Shown one piece after another: positions 59,132 to 64,000 of a stretch of DNA of 64,000 nt (position 1 is its first letter; every line of letters starts with the position of its first letter). Source of the DNA: Octopus sinensis (Eukaryota); contig NW_021832413.1 of assembly GCF_006345805.1 (NCBI RefSeq), positions 1 through 64,000 on the forward strand, given 5' to 3'. A model generated the notes under the pieces. That model saw only the letters and a program-made list of their open reading frames with translations. It was not told the DNA's origin and ran no database searches. The translations under genes were made by a program, and so were the position numbers.

Positions 59132-60085
59132 TTACGCGTTTGGCACAAAATGATGGGACGTTGATCTCCACATTATCTTGACAAAAGAGGCAAGATACTC
59201 CTCTTCAAGGGGACCTCCGGTAGATCCTGCCATCATTAAGAAGATGTGCTGTCTTTCTGTAAGATGGTCCATTAGTTTTTTGACGTTGAGTGTATTTCTC
59301 AATTCCAAAGTCGGCTTCATTTTATCACGTTTCAGTAAAATCCGTAAGCACTGGTTCTGTACGACTTCCAGTTTGTTTTGTGCGGATATTGACAGTGGCG
59401 TGATCCACGACGCACATGCGTGTTCAATTGTAGGCAGTATATATTGTTTGTATAATAACTCAAAATGAGGAATAGAAGATATTGGAGATCTGGCAAAAGC
59501 TTTGAGAATTCCGATCTTCTTTTGGATTCGTGAAACCATTGACTCCACTTAAACGTCATTAATGGGTCAAATGTAACTCCAAGGATTGAAGGGTTCCTTT
59601 TAACTGGGATTAGTTGTCCATCCCAAGTTATTTTTATGTCCAGTTCTGTATGTTTCCTGTATGAAGAGATAATCGTAGTGCTTGATTTCCCAGGTGATAT
59701 CTTCATTCGGTTTTTGAGAAACCATGGCTTCATACGGTTAATCGTCTCCTGATCTTTCCACGTGGCTTCTTTGTAATCTTGATGTTTTACTGTAATAATT
59801 AGATTGTCAGCGTATGATAAAAGGATTGTATCTTCGTCGTTTGGATTTGGGAGATCTCTTGTTATAAGGAGAATCCTTGTGGGACCCCGTTTGGGAGGTA
59901 TCGTTGTTTTGATTTTCGGTTATTCATTATAACATGTCCACTTCTGCTATTAAAGAAGTTCGCCAGCCATATCTTGATCTTCGGATGGATCCCAGTGGAG
60001 AAAATTTTTGATGAAGTTTTCCTCGGTACTGAATCGAATGCTTTTTCGATATCCAGAGCGACTAACACCGTGCAAGCACTGTTAA
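59132..60085 (-). mobile_element. Jockey/I-group LINE RT fragment, degenerate
   Basis: ALDIEKAFDSV, NGVPQG, LSYADNL, ILGVTFD, LYKQYILPTIEHACASW and KLEVVQNQCLR. Confidence 0.88.
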
Positions 60086-61754
60086 ATGCTTTAAAAGTAA
60101 TAAAATAATGTCATGTTTTTTAAACTATTTAAATTTGTTAATAAGATCCGGTTATGTCGGATGTAGATGATGATACACAAACGAACAATCAACTTAGTTT
60201 TCACATTAAACAAAAACAGGATCTCATAAATATTTTAAATTCTGAATATAAAATGTAATAATATTTTAATATTAATTTTGACATGCCGACGACCATTTGA
60301 GGTTTGAGTCACTCTACAACTTCCTCAATGAATCATCCTTCGAAAGCAAAATAGAAATTGCTAAGAAAGAGTTGGCCGATCAGGAAGAACTATATTCCAC
60401 GTTGATACTGTCGATAGTATCCCTTCTTTTCAACCGATAGACCAATTTAATAAATGAGAAAGGCACTGAGCACGAGGGAACAATGTCGTGTTCTGACACA
60501 ATCCAAGTATTTATTTATGTCGTGTTCTGACACAAACCGATTTCATAAATAAAAATAATATTTTAAAATTTATAATTGATATTTTAGAAAAATGAGAAAA
60601 AATCTAAATGCTTCATAATTTATTAAAATGTCAAAACAAGAATCTTCTGAAGGAGCAAGCCTGTCTGCACAGTTCATTTGTGATTAGAAGACCTAATTTT
60701 AGAGATTGAAACGAGAAATAGCAATGAGATCTGTCAAATTATTACCCCCCTCACAACCTAAACCAAATTAGCGTTCAGTATTCATTGATTTTACTTTTTA
60801 TATTAAGGTCTACTTATAAATTATTTTATGGGATTCAATGGAAAACTTAAGTTATTTCAATTTTAAATCATGTTAAAATTTTAAATAATTTAATAAATAT
60901 ATTTGTTGATGACAGGCTTGTTAGGCGTCAAAGTCGCTCTCAGCGCTCGATCGCTCGCAGCGCTCGCGACATATTCAGAGGCCGACATGACTGTTGAAAA
61001 TCCCATCATAATGATTCCATGGGAATCTTTTCCGTGTTGACGGATACTTTGGATTTTATTGATTATATCTTAACTGTGAATGATTAAATATTTTATCTTT
61101 CAGTTCATAGTTGTGGCAATTTCACCTTTATAAATTAATTCTATAAACTGACTTACATATAGGGTGATTCGAAAATAATGAATTTATACGACTTTCTGGA
61201 ATATAAGAAACTTTGTTATGTGCAGTATAGAGAGGCTCTCCTGAATCATGTCCGCAACAAACTGAAACAAGTGCGGGAGTACGACTCGGCGTACAGAGTA
61301 ATGGACAGATTTGATTGAGGAGAACCTTGGAATTTAACGGAAAACAAAAATTGTTTAAAATAATGAGTAATTTTTTAATTTTAAATTGCGTATAAATTTT
61401 TTTTTAAATCATAAAAATCTTTCAGAAAATCCAGCAACATATTTAAAACGTTTTTCTCAACTTTGTTCATGTATATTAATGGCTGTTCTTATAGTTACTT
61501 GTTTTCATTTGAAAAAAAATCATTTGATTGATTGATTGTTCATGGTCAAGAAAAATCAAAATCTCTCATCAGTTGAAGCTTGCTCCAAAGTTCAAAAACG
61601 AACAGCGATAAAGCCACAGCCTTTTTGCGAACCCGTCAAAGCTGAAGATCCCACAGAACCTCCGAAGTCTACTGTGCCTCAAAACACAGTGAGATCCAAT
61701 CCCATCAGACGAAAACTGAGCCTAACACCTCAAGCCTCACATATACTCTGAGTA

Positions 61755-63000
61755 TTGAAAATTCGGCACTTGGAAAGATCAAGAGGATCAAGACCTCCTA
61801 TCCAAGTCGCCAACTGCTCCCAAAGCCCGGATAACTTTACAGAAGTCCGGCACGTTCATCCTAAAATTCCGATCCTCCGAGGATGCTGCTTCTTTCAAAG
61901 CAGAGCTCTTTCAATCGAATATGTTTGGCGAAGGAGGCCATAAACTTGCCTCAGTAGCTGAGAAGGCCTCTGTCTTGATCTTCAGAGGAATCCCTCATTG
62001 GATCTCGACAGAGGACCTTAACCTCCACCTGAGAGAAAGTCTAGAATCGGACTTCAAGTTCGAAAGATTCTCTCGCAATGGAACCGACATGCCTGTCGGC
62101 AGACTCACGCTGGATTCCAGAGCCGAGGCCAACACCCTTATCCGTTTTGGAATAATTGCGGGCTTCAGCCATATCCGCTGCGAATGGCACAAGCCCCCAG
62201 CAACGAGATGCTTCCGTTGCAGTCAGTATGGACATAGGTCCTACAGATGCTCGGAAAAACTTCGTTGTCTCCTCTAAAGAACACAGGCACCAAAACTGCC
62301 CGAGTTCGAAGCCGATACCGAGCGTGCCAGCTGCAAAAACTTGCATTAACTGCAAGAACACTGGGCACTTGGCATTCTACGGTGGATGTCCATCTGCCAA
62401 AGCAGCAACAGCAGCCTCAAGGGTTGCGAAGAACCCACAAGCCAAAAGCCCAGTGGGTAAAAGCCAATCCCACAGAATCAGTCAGGACAAAAGGGTCTCC
62501 CTCAAGTCCGTCCAAAGTCGATGTCTATATTCAGACGTCGCCGGTCTCCAGCACACTCACAAGCTCGAGGTCGAACACTAATGAGTTCCAAAACACACAA
62601 GTCTTCCGCTCGGCTGTCCCCCATAAGAAGGCAGAAACCCACCGTGACAATGCTTTGCCACAACGAGGTTTCCACTCGGATCAGGACCGACACAACAGAG
62701 ATGCCCTCCTGGAATTCTTCCGCCGTTGTGTAGGAGCCCTGACCAAACTTGGAGTGGATATGAATATTCTACAAGAGCTCCTGCTAGAAAAGAGCAATTC
62801 AGCAACATACCCACTATCAATATAATCGCGGTGAATGTGCCCGATCTACAGTGGGGCAAATAAGTCATGGCACACCTATCATTTTTTTTAATTCAATGCG
62901 CTGGGAGGACTTTTTGATGATTAACCCACACTATGCTAAATTATTGATGTCACTCAAAAACGTGATTGACCGAAAGGAGTGCATTTCTGGAGGCAACATT
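61755..63000 (+). mobile_element. LINE 5' part: ORF1 (gag-like, CCHC knuckles) and decayed start of ORF2
   Basis: LIFRGIP, RCFRCSQYGHRSYRC, C..C..H...C and CINCKNTGHLAFYGGCP across frameshifts, followed by IIAVN (APE start). Confidence 0.82.
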
Positions 63001-63088
63001 AACTTGCCCGAGCATGTGAAAATGGCACATGAGAACGAGAATGGCACATGAAATATAACAGTCAGGCCCCTTTGTCGAGTTGGTCATG

Positions 63089-64000
63089 ACCTCACAATAC
63101 GGAGTTTCCAAAATTACATAATATATTACGCAATTTATTACATAATATCAAGTACCACCATAACCTCACAATACGGAGTTTTCAAAATTGCATAATATAT
63201 TACGCAATTTATTACATAATCTCAAGTACCACCATAATCTCACAATACAAAGTTTCCAAAATTGCATAATATATTACGCAATTTATTACATAATCTCAAG
63301 TACCCTTATATCCTCACAATACCGAGTTTCCAAATATATGACGCAATTTATTACATAATCTCAAGTACCACTATAACTTCACAATACGGAGTTTCCAAAA
63401 TTACATAATATATTACGCAATTTATTACATAATCTCAAGTACCCCCATATCCTCTCAATATGGAGTTTCCAAAATTACATAATATATTACGCAATTTATT
63501 ACATAATCTCAAGTACCACCATAACCTCACAATACGGAGTTTCCAAAATTGCATAATATATTACGCAATTTATTACATAATCTCAAGTACCCATATCCTC
63601 TCAATATGGAGTTTCCAAAATTACATAATATATTACGCAATTTATTACATAATCTCAAGTACCCCCATATCCTCTCAATATGGAGTTTCCAAAATTACAT
63701 AATATATTACGCAATTTATTACATAATCTCAAGTAGCCCGATATCCTCTCACTATGGAGTTTCCAGAATTACATAATATATTACGCAATTTATCACATAT
63801 TCTAATGTACTCCCATTCTTATGTTCTACGGAGCTTCTAAAATTGCATAATAAATTACACAATTTATTACATAATCTCAAGTACCACCATAACTCCACAA
63901 TACGGAGTTTCCAAAATTACATAATATATTACGCAATTTATTACATAATCTCAAGTACCACCATAACCTCACAATACGGAGTTTCCAAAATTACATAATA
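63089..64000. repeat. 74-bp tandem satellite (~12 units, runs off the window end)
   Basis: Unit CCTCACAATACGGAGTTTCCAAAATTACATAATATATTACGCAATTTATTACATAATCTCAAGTACCACCATAA. Period 74 (63101, 63175, 63249). Confidence 0.97.

Overview
Eukaryotic, AT-rich and very repeat-dense window. It holds a few host genes embedded in nested, mostly defective transposons. The key to reading it is that genes are split by ultra-short GT-AG introns (22-33 nt in the 17 I could reconstruct by hand, plus one possible 18-nt intron), so the ORF track misses or fragments them. Host genes: intact ZMAT2/Snu23 (3 introns), an intact 74-aa G-patch gene absent from the ORF track (2 introns), a strongly divergent intronless histone H3 with a truncated paralogue, a multi-exon coiled-coil gene, a damaged P5A-ATPase (ATP13A1/Spf1-like, DKTGT changed to NKTGT) and a lamin/intermediate-filament fragment. 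DNA transposons: pogo/Tigger (one full-length, with a paralogous empty site in the window), Tc1-like elements and MITEs, two hAT fragments, a complete Ginger2/TDD-like element with a 5-bp TSD, and a Helitron family carrying a ~96-bp satellite array (3 large copies plus 2 decayed ends). Retroelements: CRE-like (one near full-length with a PHD finger, plus several fragments), R2/NeSL-like, RTE, Jockey/I-like LINEs and a probable tRNA-derived SINE. The first 5.8 kb is a fusion of two segments each present again elsewhere (25397-30017 and 20339-21486). The window ends in a 74-bp satellite. Animal-like genes with this intron size recall dicyemid mesozoans, but the taxon is an inference and is not established. 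Many frameshifts are single-base indels in homopolymers and may be sequencing errors. All alignments and translations were done by eye; no searches were run.
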